A stretch of DNA of 63,535 bases, counting the filler, from Octopus bimaculoides (Eukaryota): assembly GCF_001194135.2 (NCBI RefSeq). It is 5 parts of 5 records of this genome, joined end to end, with 100 filler letters (N's around TTAATTAATTAA, not from the genome) between each part and the next. Parts side by side here need not be neighbours in the genome. Positions count along the whole stretch, not along the records: positions 1 to 16,174 come from NC_069000.1; positions 16,275 to 24,665 come from NC_068983.1; positions 24,766 to 39,694 come from NC_068988.1; 2 more parts are not named here. One strand, given 5' to 3'. Below are positions 14,748 through 26,063 of the stretch, piece after piece. Below the pieces are notes generated by a model that was not told the origin of the DNA, ran no database searches, and saw nothing but the letters and a program-made list of their open reading frames with translations. Both the position numbers and the translations under genes were made by a program. Positions within the stretch are counted from its first letter, which is position 1. Every line of letters starts with the position of its first letter.

Positions 14748-15347
14748 GTGTGTGTGATTTTGCTCATCCACTAAGATGCGATAAATTATGGAATACCATT
14801 CGTCAAAGTAGAGAATTCTTTAAAATAACTGAAACGCCCTAGATTGCTAATACTATGAGTTTCACGTTTTTCCCTGTCTTAGCTGGTAATTTGAACCTGT
14901 TTTGTCCTTAATTATCCCTTGTTTGAATACATTCTGAAATATAATACGAAAGTTATCAAAGAGGGGCTCATATTTTTGGGAGCGACTTGCCAAGTCTAGT
15001 CTTTCATGCTCACACTTTTCATTGCGTTTGTGGCTCTCATGAGAATAATTAAAACATCTTTTTGTTTTCCTTTCATATAACTGCATATCACTGCATTCGG
15101 CTATTAAGCCCCATACAGGGGAGGTTATGCAAGGAAATGTCTTCTGATGAAGTTGCGTTGCTGTTTAAGTAATATGTCAAAAATTTAAACAAAAACACTT
15201 CGAAATCATTGTTTCTGTTTCATCGACCAAGGCCGAAAGTCAAGGAGATTGGCACTTACACAAAAGACACTTAATTCTGTGCATACAAGGTGCTAACAGT
15301 TCAGTTCTTTTATTCAAACTGTTACTGCCTTTAAGCAAAATTCATAA

Positions 15348-15433
<86 letters not shown>

Positions 15434-16132
15434 TTCTCTCTCTNNNNNNNNNNAGCCCACCACCTCCATCACCGAATTAATTCGATTTCATTTTCACTTA
15501 CGCATATTAACATGGCATCAAAATCTGCGTCTGTAATCTGGGGCATGGAACTGGGACGCTGTAACAGTCTTCGTTTTGTTCTTGTTGTTGATGTCTATCA
15601 TCTCACCTTTCTTCACCCTCATCCCCCCCCCCATCGCTTCCCGACTTCGTAATGGGGGTTCCGGTGGATCCCTTGAAATCTAGGTCACATGCACATCTCG
15701 CTTTACTTCAAAAGACCAAAAAATAGAAAATTAGACGTGGCGCCCTCTACATGCGCGAACGCATTCACGCATTGCAGTCGTCCGTTGTTATACGCGCATA
15801 CCGGCACATGCAAATGCATACGTGCGCATGTGCAGCCCCACCCCCATACATATATACACACAAATACGTGCACACCTACATACATACGTACATACACACA
15901 TACATACACGCACTCATACACACTCACTCATTTACACGTATACATACACACAAACTCATACACTCATATATACAGACTCATACACACACACATGCATTTA
16001 CACACATACACACACGTACTCACGCACGCTCAAACGCACACACATTGGGATTACCTTAGGTTTCCCGTCCATAAAGGGTTTAGCTATATGGCGTATCGTC
16101 AGATTCCAAAAACCTGTTGGCCCATGACCTCT

Positions 16133-16174
<42 letters not shown>

Positions 16175-16274
16175 NNNNNNNNNNNNNNNNNNNNNNNNNN
16201 NNNNNNNNNNNNNNNNNNTTAATTAATTAANNNNNNNNNNNNNNNNNNNNNNNNNNNNNNNNNNNNNNNNNNNN
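16175..16274. other. Artificial scaffold join (44 N + TTAATTAATTAA + 44 N)
   Basis: Exact 100-bp structure with a six-frame stop linker; the identical structure recurs four times. Confidence 0.95.
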
Positions 16275-16699
16275 TCTTTCACCTTCTCCCTCTCCCCCTT
16301 CCTCTTTCCTTCTTTCTACTTCAAACACCATTCTATCTCTAACCAGGTATTCCTTTGCTGCTGTGGACAGAAGAAACTTAATCTTAGTTACTGTTTCTAC
16401 ATTGTTATTATTAGTTTTTTTTTTCTAAATTTTCCTTTTATTTCTGGTTGTTTGTGAAGAGAACGGGGGTGGGGGATGGGGGGGAGGAGCAGTTGTGAGA
16501 AATTTGGATTCGGTGATTCTACACAGAACAGTTTGGATAATTCTGGAAGGCGTGTTGTTTACGGCAATGTCTGTTGTTTTAAATATTTACTGCAAACACT
16601 AATTCAGCTGCTGAGATATTTGCTCCAGACCACGACAAAACCAGCATTTGACATGAAACAGGCCCCTTTTTCTTCTTAACTGTTTTGGCTGCAAAGGGA

Positions 16700-17645
16700 A
16701 ACAACATCATCATCATCATCAGCAGCAGCAGCAGTGGTATCGTTATAATAACAACCACAACAACAGCAACAAACAGTGCTGCATCATGATTATGATGCTG
16801 GTCGTCATTATTATCATCATCATCATCACCATTATTGTCATCACCACTATCACCAACACAACCACTACCACAATCACTACAACCATCACTACAACCACTA
16901 CCATTGCCACCTCTACCATCACCACCACCACCACCATCACCACAATTACCACCACCACAACCACCACAACCATCACCACAACCACCACCNNNNNNNNNNN
17001 NNNNNNNNNNNNNNNNNNNNNNNNNNNNNNNNNNNNNNNNNNNNNNNNNNNNNNNNNNNNNNNNNNNNNNNNNNNNNNNNNNNNNNNNNNNNNNNNNNNN
17101 NNNNNNNNNNNNNNNNNNNNNNNNNNNNNNNNNNNNNNNNNNNNNNNNNNNNNNNNNNNNNNNNNNNNNNNNNNNNNNNNNNNNNNNNNNNNNNNNNNNN
17201 NNNNNNNNNNNNNNNNNNNNNNNNNNNNNNNNNNNNNNNNNNNNNNNNNNNNNNNNNNNNNNNNNNNNNNNNNNNNNNNNNNNNNNNNNNNNNNNNNNNN
17301 NNNNNNNNNNNNNNNNNNNNNNCAACCATCACCACAACCACCACAACTAACACCACCACAACCACCACCACCACTACAACCACCACCACCACCACAACCA
17401 CCCCACCCCCACCACCATAACCACCGCAACCACCACCACCATCTGCACAAAAGTCATGATCATCATTACTATCATCATGACCACCATCACCCTCAGCAGT
17501 AGCAAGACCATCACAATCATCATCAGCATCATCATCATCATCGTCATCATGACCTCTACCTCTATCAGGACCTGCTCCACCATGCCAGCATCATGATCAT
17601 CATCATTAGCACTACCACAACCATCACCACCACCAACAACAGCAA
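16700..17645. repeat. Compound trinucleotide tract (CAT/CAC/CAA/CAG) interrupted by an N-gap
   Basis: Low-complexity cryptic trinucleotide repeats; these produce the poly-T/H/P ORFs in the track. Confidence 0.9.
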
Positions 17646-17995
17646 CAGCTACAGAGTAGCTGCAGTAGCAGCAGGGGCAGTACCAGCCTTATCAACATGG
17701 GAGCTTCTGCATAGTCACTCGATTTGATCTGCTAGAAATAGAAGGCAACTTTTTTTATATATATAAAAAAACCAAAGGAAGGAAGCATTCAGAAGTGCTG
17801 CACCAGCATGGTCGCAGCGTAATGAGTTAAACAAGTAAAAGATAAGAGATGAAAGATACTTTGGTATAAAATTTTCTCTGAGCTGATCAAAACTGTTAAC
17901 ATTAATGGTTATAGGTCTACTTGATCAGGACTGACCTGGGGTTAAACAACAATAGCAACACATGATGCTATTATTCCAATAATTGTTACGACATT

Positions 17996-18214
17996 AAGGC
18001 GGCAGGCTGGCAGAAACATTAGCACGCCGGGCGAAATGCTTAGCGGTATTTTGTCTGCCATGACGTTCTGAGTTCAAATTCTGCCAAGGTCGATTTTGCC
18101 TTTCATCCTTTCGGGGTCAATAAATTAAGTACCAGTTGCATACTGGGGTTGATCTAATCGGCTGGCCCCTCCCCCAAAATTTTGGGCCTTATGTCTAGAG
18201 TCGAAAAGAATTGT
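17996..18214 (+). mobile_element. tRNA-head SINE (GGCGGCGAGCTGGCAGAA family)
   Basis: A-box-like GCTGGCAGAA, B-box-like GAGTTCAAATTC, and body CCTTTCGGGGTC.ATAAATTAAGTACCAG. Sister copies at 37312-37530, 49065-49285, 33830-33998 (minus) and 62410-62480 (minus). Confidence 0.85.
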
Positions 18215-18400
18215 TACTACATTAGTCTGGGAGCAAAACAGCTAAGGTCAGGAAAAAAATTTTGTTCTCAGATGAATATATGATAAACCAATAAACCAAA
18301 GAATCAGTTGTCTACACACACATACACACACACACACACATGCACACATACATAGACATATGTACATACACACATACATATGGTCATACACACACATATA

Positions 18401-19085
18401 CAGGGTGTGGTGAATAAACAGTCGTCTAAATTACGCAAAATGAAAACAACACTGACATCTCATTTTCACAGATATGTTTACCAAAATTACATAAAAATAT
18501 CTTCAAATACTAAAGAGTAAATTTATTCAATAAAATCGCCATTGGCTTCAACCACGGCCACCAGATGACTTTGAAATTTCCAGCAACTCTTCTGGACGGT
18601 CTCCTTGTTTAAGTTGGTGAATGCTGCCTTAATCCTTGCCTTCAGTTCATCTTTGATGTTACAAGGAGTTTTGTCAGTCTCTTGCTCAACTGCACCCCAC
18701 ACATAATAATCAAGGGGGTTGCAGTCTGGGGAATTAGGTGGCCAGATTTTAGGGGTGACGTGGTCGCAGAAATTGTCCGACAGCCATGACTGGGTTTTCC
18801 TGCTTGTGTGGCATGGTGCAGAGTTCTGTTACCAGACATAGGGTCTTCCAGCAGCCAGCCTCTTGACCCAGGGCTGCACTACCTCCTCCAGGCACTTGAT
18901 GTAGGCCTCTGTCACCATCACTAGTGATCACTCCAAACACCATGATGTTGACTGGATGTTTGATTTTTATCACTCTCAGTACAAGTCCTCAGATTGACAG
19001 CCAAACACTCTGAGGTTCCCGTGTGAATGCCAAGCAGTACAGCATGCCGTTTCCAAATTTCTGGCAGAGTGAATTGCATCATGGT
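18401..19085 (-). mobile_element. Internally deleted maT (DD37D) Tc1/mariner-superfamily transposon
   Basis: TA followed by a CAGGGTG terminus at 18401. Minus-strand transposase remnants: MQFTLPEIWKRHAVLLGI, then a deletion, KHPVNIMVFGVITSDGD, another deletion, and YVW*QNSAPCH...WPPNSPDCNPLDYYVWG...DFIE* (stop at 18523-18525). There are exactly 37 residues between the second catalytic position (mutated D to N) and the final D of NPLD. Confidence 0.85.
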
Positions 19086-19861
19086 GGTGGTGGTGGTGTA
19101 GGAGGAGGGGGGATGATGGTGATGATGGTGATGATGGTGATGATGAGGAGGAGGAAGAGGAGGGGAGGAGGAGGAGAGGGGGAGGAGGGATGGTGATGAT
19201 GATGATGATGATGATGATGAGGAGGAGGAGGAGGAGGAGGAGGAGGAATTGTTGTAGGACTTGGCTATGGGACTAACTGCCTCACTACCAATATTGAAAG
19301 GCTTGGTTCCATATAGCCCGAATAAAATACATCTAATCAGATCACAGCTACAAACTGTCAAAGGCACAATCCAAATATAAGAAAAACATTCTCAAAATTT
19401 AGCACATAATAAATGCATATACGCATGTATGTGGATTCCCATATGCAATGACATTCATTTTTGCACTTACATATGCATATACACACACATACAAACATAT
19501 GCTTCTCTGTATATGTGCACACGTACATGCATTTCTCATTGATGTTGTCTAAATTCCTATAAAAGAACATTGTCTCTTTGGTAAAAGTGGACATTTCTCC
19601 ATACGTGAAAAATTCAAAATACAAAAGACGTACATTTATGCATACATACTTGCATGTTTACATACATAACACATACATATGCACATATGTACATGTATTC
19701 ATACATGTATATATGATTAAATGCATACATATATATATAAATATACATATATATATATACATGTCAAGGCCGACAGGAAGCGGTCCAGCTTCCTAGGGCT
19801 AAACAGCAGTAGTGTATTCCCTTATTGGGATTGTCACATTAAGTTGACAATATACTACAAC

Positions 19862-19916
<55 letters not shown>

Positions 19917-20983
19917 NNNNNNNNNNNNNNNNNNNNNNNNNNNNNNNNNNNNNNNNNNNNNNNNNNNNNNNNNNNNNNNNNNNNNNNNNNNNNNNNNNNN
20001 NNNNNNNNNNNNNNNNNNNNNNNNNNNNNNNNNNNNNNNNNNNNNNNNNNNNNNNNNNNNNNNNNNNNNNNNNNNNNNNNNNNNNNNNNNNNNNNNNNNN
20101 NNNNNNNNNNNNNNNNNNNNNNNNNNNNNNNNNNNNNNNNNNNNNNNNNNNNNNNNNNNNNNNNNNNNNNNNNNNNNNNNNNNNNNNNNNNNNNNNNNNN
20201 NNNNNNNNNNNNNNNNNNNNNNNNNNNNNNNNNNNNNNNNNNNNNNNNNNNNNNNNNNNNNNNNNNNNNNNNNNNNNNNNNNNNNNNNNNNNNNNNNNNN
20301 NNNNNNNNNNNNNNNNNNNNNNNNNNNNNNNNNNNNNNNNNNNNNNNNNNNNNNNNNNNNNNNNNNNNNNNNNNNNNNNNNNNNNNNNNNNNNNNNNNNN
20401 NNNNNNNNNNNNNNNNNNNNNNNNNNNNNNNNNNNNNNNNNNNNNNNNNNNNNNNNNNNNNNNNNNNNNNNNNNNNNNNNNNNNNNNNNNNNNNNNNNNN
20501 NNNNNNNNNNNNNNNNNNNNNNNNNNNNNNNNNNNNNNNNNNNNNNNNNNNNNNNNNNNNNNNNNNNNNNNNNNNNNNNNNNNNNNNNNNNNNNNNNNNN
20601 NNNNNNNNNNNNNNNNNNNNNNNNNNNNNNNNNNNNNNNNNNNNNNNNNNNNNNNNNNNNNNNNNNNNNNNNNNNNNNNNNNNNNNNNNNNNNNNNNNNN
20701 NNNNNNNNNNNNNNNNNNNNNNNNNNNNNNNNNNNNNNNNNNNNNNNNNNNNNNNNNNNNNNNNNNNNNNNNNNNNNNNNNNNNNNNNNNNNNNNNNNNN
20801 NNNNNNNNNNNNNNNNNNNNNNNNNNNNNNNNNNNNNNNNNNNNNNNNNNNNNNNNNNNNNNNNNNNNNNNNNNNNNNNNNCATGTCAAGGCCGACAGGA
20901 AGCGGTCCAGCTTCCTAGGGCTAAACAGCAGTAGTGTATTCCCTTATTGGGATTGTCACATTAAGTTGACAATATACTACAAC

Positions 20984-21016
<33 letters not shown>

Positions 21017-21044
21017 CTCTTTACTCTTTTACTCTTTTACTTGT

Positions 21045-21160
21045 TTCAGTCATTTGACTGTGGCCATGCTGGAGCACTGCTTTCAGTCGAATCAAATCGA
21101 CCCCAGGACTTAATCTTTGTAAGCCTAGTACTTATTCTATCGGTCTCTTTTGCTGAACCT
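21045..21160 (-). mobile_element. SINE 3' fragment
   Basis: Reverse complement of the GGTTCGGCAAAAGAGACCGATAGAATAAGTACTAGG...CCAGCATGGCC.CAGTCAAATGACTGAAAC tail also seen at 39900-40046. Confidence 0.8.
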
Positions 21161-21162
21161 CT

Positions 21163-21423
21163 GTATCCGGACTGTTGCCTTAGTAACGAAGTTGAAACAC
21201 GCAGAGTGAAACTGCTTGGCACAGATTGATCTTCATCTCTGCTGTGCATGCACACTAAATTTTAATGTTCTAGCTTGCTTCCGCCGTTTACGGCAATAGT
21301 TGGAAGGAAGGTGTGTAGCATGTGATCAGCGCATTGACCATGACAGAGAAAGCTAAGCAGAGAATCTGCATCAAATTTTGCAGAAAAGCTTGGAGATGCC
21401 TGCTCAAAGGCTTATACAAAGTT
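21163..21423 (+). mobile_element. Mariner 5' fragment (partial TIR plus MTEKAKQRICIKFC)
   Basis: GTATCCGGACTG partial TIR; the N-terminal QRICIKFC motif is typical of mariner transposases; homologous to the inverted copy ending at 22324. Confidence 0.8.
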
Positions 21424-22324
21424 TTCAATAAGTTTTTATCATTCTCGACACAATCAAGGAGATCTTGTGCAACTGAAACCCAAATGTCTTTTTTGTCAGC
21501 TAAAAGCAGTTTTGGCGCAAACTTAGCAGACACGAGTCTCATACCCAAATCGTCAGTGATAATGGACTGAACTGAACCGTAACTAATCTACACATCCTCT
21601 GATAACTCACAGATGGTAAATTATTTACATTATTTACATTATTTACATTGGACGGATATTTGTCCTCATCTTGTTTGTTGTTAACAAAAACGTTTCGGCT
21701 GATATACCCTCCAGCCTTCATCAGATGTCTTGGGAAAATTTCGAACCTGGGTTCTTGTTCCTAAGATATTTTTTGATGTTATTATTATTATTATCATTAT
21801 TATTATTTAGGTCACTGCCTGGAATCGAAATCGGAATCTTGGGGTTAGTAGCCCGCGCCCTTAACCACTACGCCATATAAACTCACAGATGGTAATTCAA
21901 ATATAGAACGCACAAATGGTAATTCAACAATTTCACCTCACAGCTGTGATGTTTTTCTCAGTCTGCTGGTGGTGGGTCTCGCAGAATGTTCATCAATATC
22001 GACATTTTTGGGGCCATATCTTGGAAAGGTCTGAACCACTCATACACTTGTGTGCAGCTCCTCTCCATACACTTTCTGCAACTTTACATAGGCCTCTGAG
22101 CAGGTATCACCATGACAATTTTCTCTGTCATGGTCAATGCGATGATCACATGCTACACACCTTCCTTCCAAGCACTGCTGTAAAAGCAGAAGTGAGCTAG
22201 AATGTTAAAACTTAGTGCACATGTACCGCAGAGTTCAAGGTCAATTTTGGCTAAGCAACTTCACTCTGTGTGCTTCAGGTTTGTTACTATAACAACAGTC
22301 CGGATACTTATTGATCAGACCTCG
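21417..22324 (-). mobile_element. Mariner 5' half (TIR through LGMRLVSAKFAPKLL...ENDKNLLKTL), interrupted by a SINE
   Basis: TA-CGAGGTCTGATCAATAAGTATCCGGACTG terminus at 22324. Degenerate transposase RITICELSEDV*ISYGSVQSIITDDLGMRLVSAKFAPKLL ends just before the expected first catalytic Asp. Confidence 0.82.
21604..21895 (-). mobile_element. Full-length tRNA-head SINE with 16-bp target-site duplication
   Basis: TSD AACTCACAGATGGTAA at 21604-21619 and 21880-21895. Head GGCGTAGTGGTTAAGGGCGCGGGCTACTAACCCC...TTCGATTCC, internal (AAT)n and a 3' (AATGTAAAT)n tail. Confidence 0.88.
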
Positions 22325-22865
22325 TATACCTACATACATGCATACACTCATGTACACATCCATACATACCCTCCATTTATGCACAAACATTCATACAAAC
22401 ACACACACATACATAAGGATACGTACACACATACATACATGCATAGGGAGACATNNNNNNNNNNNNNNNNNNNNNNNNNNNNNNNNNNNNNNNNNNNNNN
22501 NNNNNNNNNNNNNNNNNNNNNNNNNNNNNNNNNNNNNNNNNNNNNNNNNNNNNNNNNNNNNNNNNNNNNNNNNNNNNNNNNNNNNNNNNNNNNNNNNNNN
22601 NNNNNNNNNNNNNNNNNNNNNNNNNNNNNNNNNNNNNNNNNNNNNNNNNNNNNNNNNNNNNNNNNNNNNNNNNNNNNNNNNNNNNNNNNNNNNNNNNNNN
22701 NNNNNNNNNNNNNNNNNNNNNNNNNNNNNNNNNNNNNNNNNNNNNNNNNNNNNNNNNNNNNNNNNNNNNNNNNNNNNNNNNNNNNNNNNNNNNNNNNNNN
22801 NNNNNNNNNNNNNNNNNNNNNNNNNNNNNNNNNNNNNNNNNNNNNNNNNNNNNNNNNNNNNNNNN

Positions 22866-22900
<35 letters not shown>

Positions 22901-22963
22901 GTATGTATATGTATATATATATATAATATTTATGAACAAACCAGAAGGCTTGGATTATATGTA

Positions 22964-23345
22964 TATCATCATCATCATTATTTAACATTCGTTTTCCATG
23001 CTGGCATGGGTTGGACTGTTTGACTGGGGTCTGGGAAACCAGGAGTCTGCACCAGGCCCCAATCTGATCTGGCAGTGTTTCTACAGCTGGATGCCCTTCT
23101 TAATGCCAACCCCTCCGAAAGTGTAGTGGGTGTTTTTTTATGTGCCACCAGCACAGGGGCCAGAGGGAGCTGGCAACAACCACGATCGGCTTGTGCTTTT
23201 TACGTGCCACCGGCATGCAAGCCAGTTAAGGCAGCACTAGCATTGGCCATGTTAGGATGGTGTTTTTCACATGCCACCAGCACAGGGATCACATCTACAA
23301 CTTCCATCTGATTTTGGTTTTGATGTACTTGACTCAATAGGTCTC
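22964..23345 (-). mobile_element. Interspersed retroposon with (GAT)n tail (SINE or RTE-type 3' end)
   Basis: GTTAGGAAGGGCATCCAGCTGTAGAAAC...CAACCCATGCCAGCATGGAAAA...(GAT)n family; copies also at 46.0-46.56k, 47.45-47.67k, 48.16-48.3k, 58.7k and 59.0k. Confidence 0.85.
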
Positions 23346-23930
23346 CTCAAGCACGGCATGTCACCATGAGTAGGTTTTATTAGCATCTTTCCACTTTAAC
23401 TGGTAACTAACATCTTGATTTGGGGTCTTCCCCTATTCAGCCTCCTTTATAGACAGTTACTTTATACTAATCCTAGAAATCTTGACAATATTTATGACCA
23501 TTCCCTACTATGTGCTGTCAACTCACTCCTGCCTTCCATTCTAAGCAGACCTCTAGTCTTAGAATTGGTTGTTGATAAGAAAACTAATAAATTAAGAACG
23601 AACCACAATCCTTTACAAGCTATGACCTCAACAAACTTCATACAATTCTTAGAAGTGTAGTATATTCTTAGCTACATTAGTGGTAACATAGATTCTTTCC
23701 GTCTTCTGGCTCTATTAGAGCATTTGAGTAAAATTATATTAATGTGTCCAACTGATTAAAAAATTTTATTTATTTATGCAACTGAGGATAGCCCTGCATT
23801 TAAATTAATGTAATGATTGCATTGTTCAATGAAATGGAGCTGCTTGAAACAGTAGTACTGCTTGATATCTTGTTGCTTATTTATATAAAAACACACACAT
23901 ACACACACATATATATGTATGTATATATGG

Positions 23931-24495
23931 ATGGATGACAAAATATCTTTCAGGCTGCAGAGAGCAACTGATTCCTTCCGGTCTCCTGAGTCTCGTGTTT
24001 GGTCCCAGTATGGCATCACAAGGCAAACAAAAATTGCTGTGTACCATGCATGTGTACTGACATCGCTCCTTTACTCATGTGAGACATGGACCCTTAACAA
24101 ATGTCATGTAAAGGTCCTTGAACGCTTTCATCAGAGATGTCTGAGACACATTCTGAATGTTTGCTTGACCTTAGAAACTCCAGACACACAGGTCCTGAGG
24201 AAAGCTGACATCTTGAGTACTGATGCAATGGTGCACAAGCACTGGTCATATTGGGCTGGACACCTTATTAGAATGAAGGATAGCAGGATGAAGAATTGAA
24301 GCATGCTGCTCAAAAGCACACTGCTAGTGTGGTGAATGGGGAAAGCGTGGTAAGCAATGTTTGTAGTCATGTACGCTTGTCAAGAGCAGGGTTCATTAGC
24401 CACCAACGGAGCTGCAAATGCAAAACAGAAGTTAGTCCTAGAGCGCACACTGTTCCTAAAGGTCAGCAATGGTCTTTCTTGGTCACTAGTGGATG
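23931..24495 (+). mobile_element. RTE-clade LINE 3' fragment (degenerate)
   Basis: DDKISFRLQRATDSF...TKIAVYHACVLTSLLYSCETWTL...LERFHQRCLRHIL...YWAGHLIRM, followed by a C-terminal Cys/His segment (CSHVRLSRAGFISHQRSC). Confidence 0.88.
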
Positions 24496-24525
24496 GCCAT
24501 CATTTATAATATATATATATATATA

Positions 24526-24665
24526 AATAATTACAGAGGTATCAAGCTTTTAGATCAGGTAATGAAAGTCACGGAGAGGGTCATAGCTCAACTGCTTAGG
24601 GAGCGAGTCAGCTTAGATGAGATGCAGTTTGGTTTTGTGCCTGGGAAAAGCACCACTGATGCTAT
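24526..24665 (+). mobile_element. RTE-clade LINE reverse transcriptase fragment
   Basis: NNYRGIKLLDQVMKVTERVIAQLLRERVSLDEMQFGFVPGKSTTDA (RT domains 1-2); cut by the scaffold join. Confidence 0.88.
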
Positions 24666-24765
24666 NNNNNNNNNNNNNNNNNNNNNNNNNNNNNNNNNNN
24701 NNNNNNNNNTTAATTAATTAANNNNNNNNNNNNNNNNNNNNNNNNNNNNNNNNNNNNNNNNNNNN
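24666..24765. other. Artificial scaffold join (44 N + TTAATTAATTAA + 44 N)
   Basis: Same 100-bp spacer; it truncates an RTE reverse transcriptase fragment. Confidence 0.95.
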
Positions 24766-25454
24766 GCATGTGTGTATATGTGTATGTGTGCATGTGTCTA
24801 TATGTGTATGTGTGTTGTGTATGTGTGTGTGTGTGTGGTTTTGTGTTTGTGAGAGGTGTGTGTTTATGTGTGTGTTTATGTGTGTGTGCGTGCGTATGTG
24901 TGTGAGAGCGTAAGGATGTGTGCCAGGTATGTGTGTTATTTTGTGTGTGCACTCCTATGTGTATGTGTGTGTGCATGTGTATGCGGCTGTGTATGTAGGC
25001 CTGCGCGTATATATGGGTATGTGTGTGTATAGGGCTGTGTGAGGTTTTTGTCTCTACCACTGTGCGTGTGTGTGTGTGTGTGTATGTATCTGCGTTCGTC
25101 TATATGTGTGTGTGAGGGCGCGCATGTATGTTTGTCATGTATGTGGGCGGTATATATGTAAGGTGTGTGGGCGGTGTGTGTGTAGGTGCATGGGAGGTAT
25201 GTGAGGTATGTGTGAATAGGGGTATGTATGGGTTGTCAGGTGTGTGGGAGGTATGTGTGAATGGGGGTATATGTGGGTTATGCGTGCAAGGGTGTGTATG
25301 CTTGGGTGGGTGTGTATGTTTGCGTGATTGTTAGCGTGTGTGTGTATGCGCAAGTGTGCGTGTGTATGTGCGTTTGTATAAGCGTGTGGGCGAGTCTGAG
25401 CGTGTGGGTGCATGCATATGTGTTGTGTGTGTGTGGTGTGTTGGNNNNNNNNNN

Positions 25455-25710
25455 GGGGATGTGTTGAGTCCGAAGGGGAAATAAGAATTAAGGTTAAAAA
25501 TATAGCGTTGCTCCAAGTGGAGTCGCGAGGGAGTGGACCCATGGTGCAGGGCGAGGCCAAAAACGAAGATGTTAGAGGGAGAGTGGTTGGCCAAGTGGAA
25601 GTGACGGGCGAAGGGGAAGACCGAACATAGCCGAACGTCTCTTAGGTGTTCGGTGAAACTGTCGGCCAGCCGGCGGCCCGTCTGCCCCACGTAGAGTTGG
25701 TTGCATAGGG
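25455..25710 (-). mobile_element. Penelope-like element GIY-YIG endonuclease remnant
   Basis: LCNQLYVGQTGRRLADSFTEHLRDVR...RHFHLANHS...RLHLEQRYIFNLNSYFPFGLN matches the PLE GIY-YIG C-terminus (YIG-T-R-L..R..EH; HF...H; E..I..L.....GLN). Confidence 0.85.
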
Positions 25711-25967
25711 TGCATATATATATATGTGTATATATTTATTTATTGTTTGAGGATGTCGAACGAAATACCCATGTTTCCAAAGGTGAATTATCCGAACCTC
25801 AAAGAATTCCTCTCAACACATGACTATAATGCTACCCAACTAGTTCTGCTCGTGATCAGAGATGCACATATCGTCAGCCACCAAAGGATATACTCAACTG
25901 GTGAAGATCAAGCAACTGACAAGCAAATCTGTGGTATTGAGCAGAATATTTGCTGTGGCTCGTCTTT

Positions 25968-25994
25968 TATTATTATTATTATTATTATTATTAA

Positions 25995-26061
<67 letters not shown>
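25968..26061. repeat. (TTA)n microsatellite, 3' tail or target of the R4/Dong-like element
   Basis: About 30 units directly visible. Confidence 0.95.

Positions 26062-26063
<2 letters not shown>

Noticed and set aside
14862-15086. 74-aa minus-strand ORF MQLYERKTKRCF...
   Set aside because: Short, with no recognisable motif; consistent with chance or decayed transposon sequence.
19760-21000. Exact duplication of more than 100 bp (19760 onward and 20882 onward)
   Set aside because: The two identical copies flank one N-gap and end in the same (TA)n. This is most simply an unmerged contig overlap.
21830-21878. tRNA-like sequences (also at 17996, 31340, 37312)
   Set aside because: A/B-box heads continue into SINE bodies and lack a complete cloverleaf with an acceptor stem, so they are not tRNA genes.
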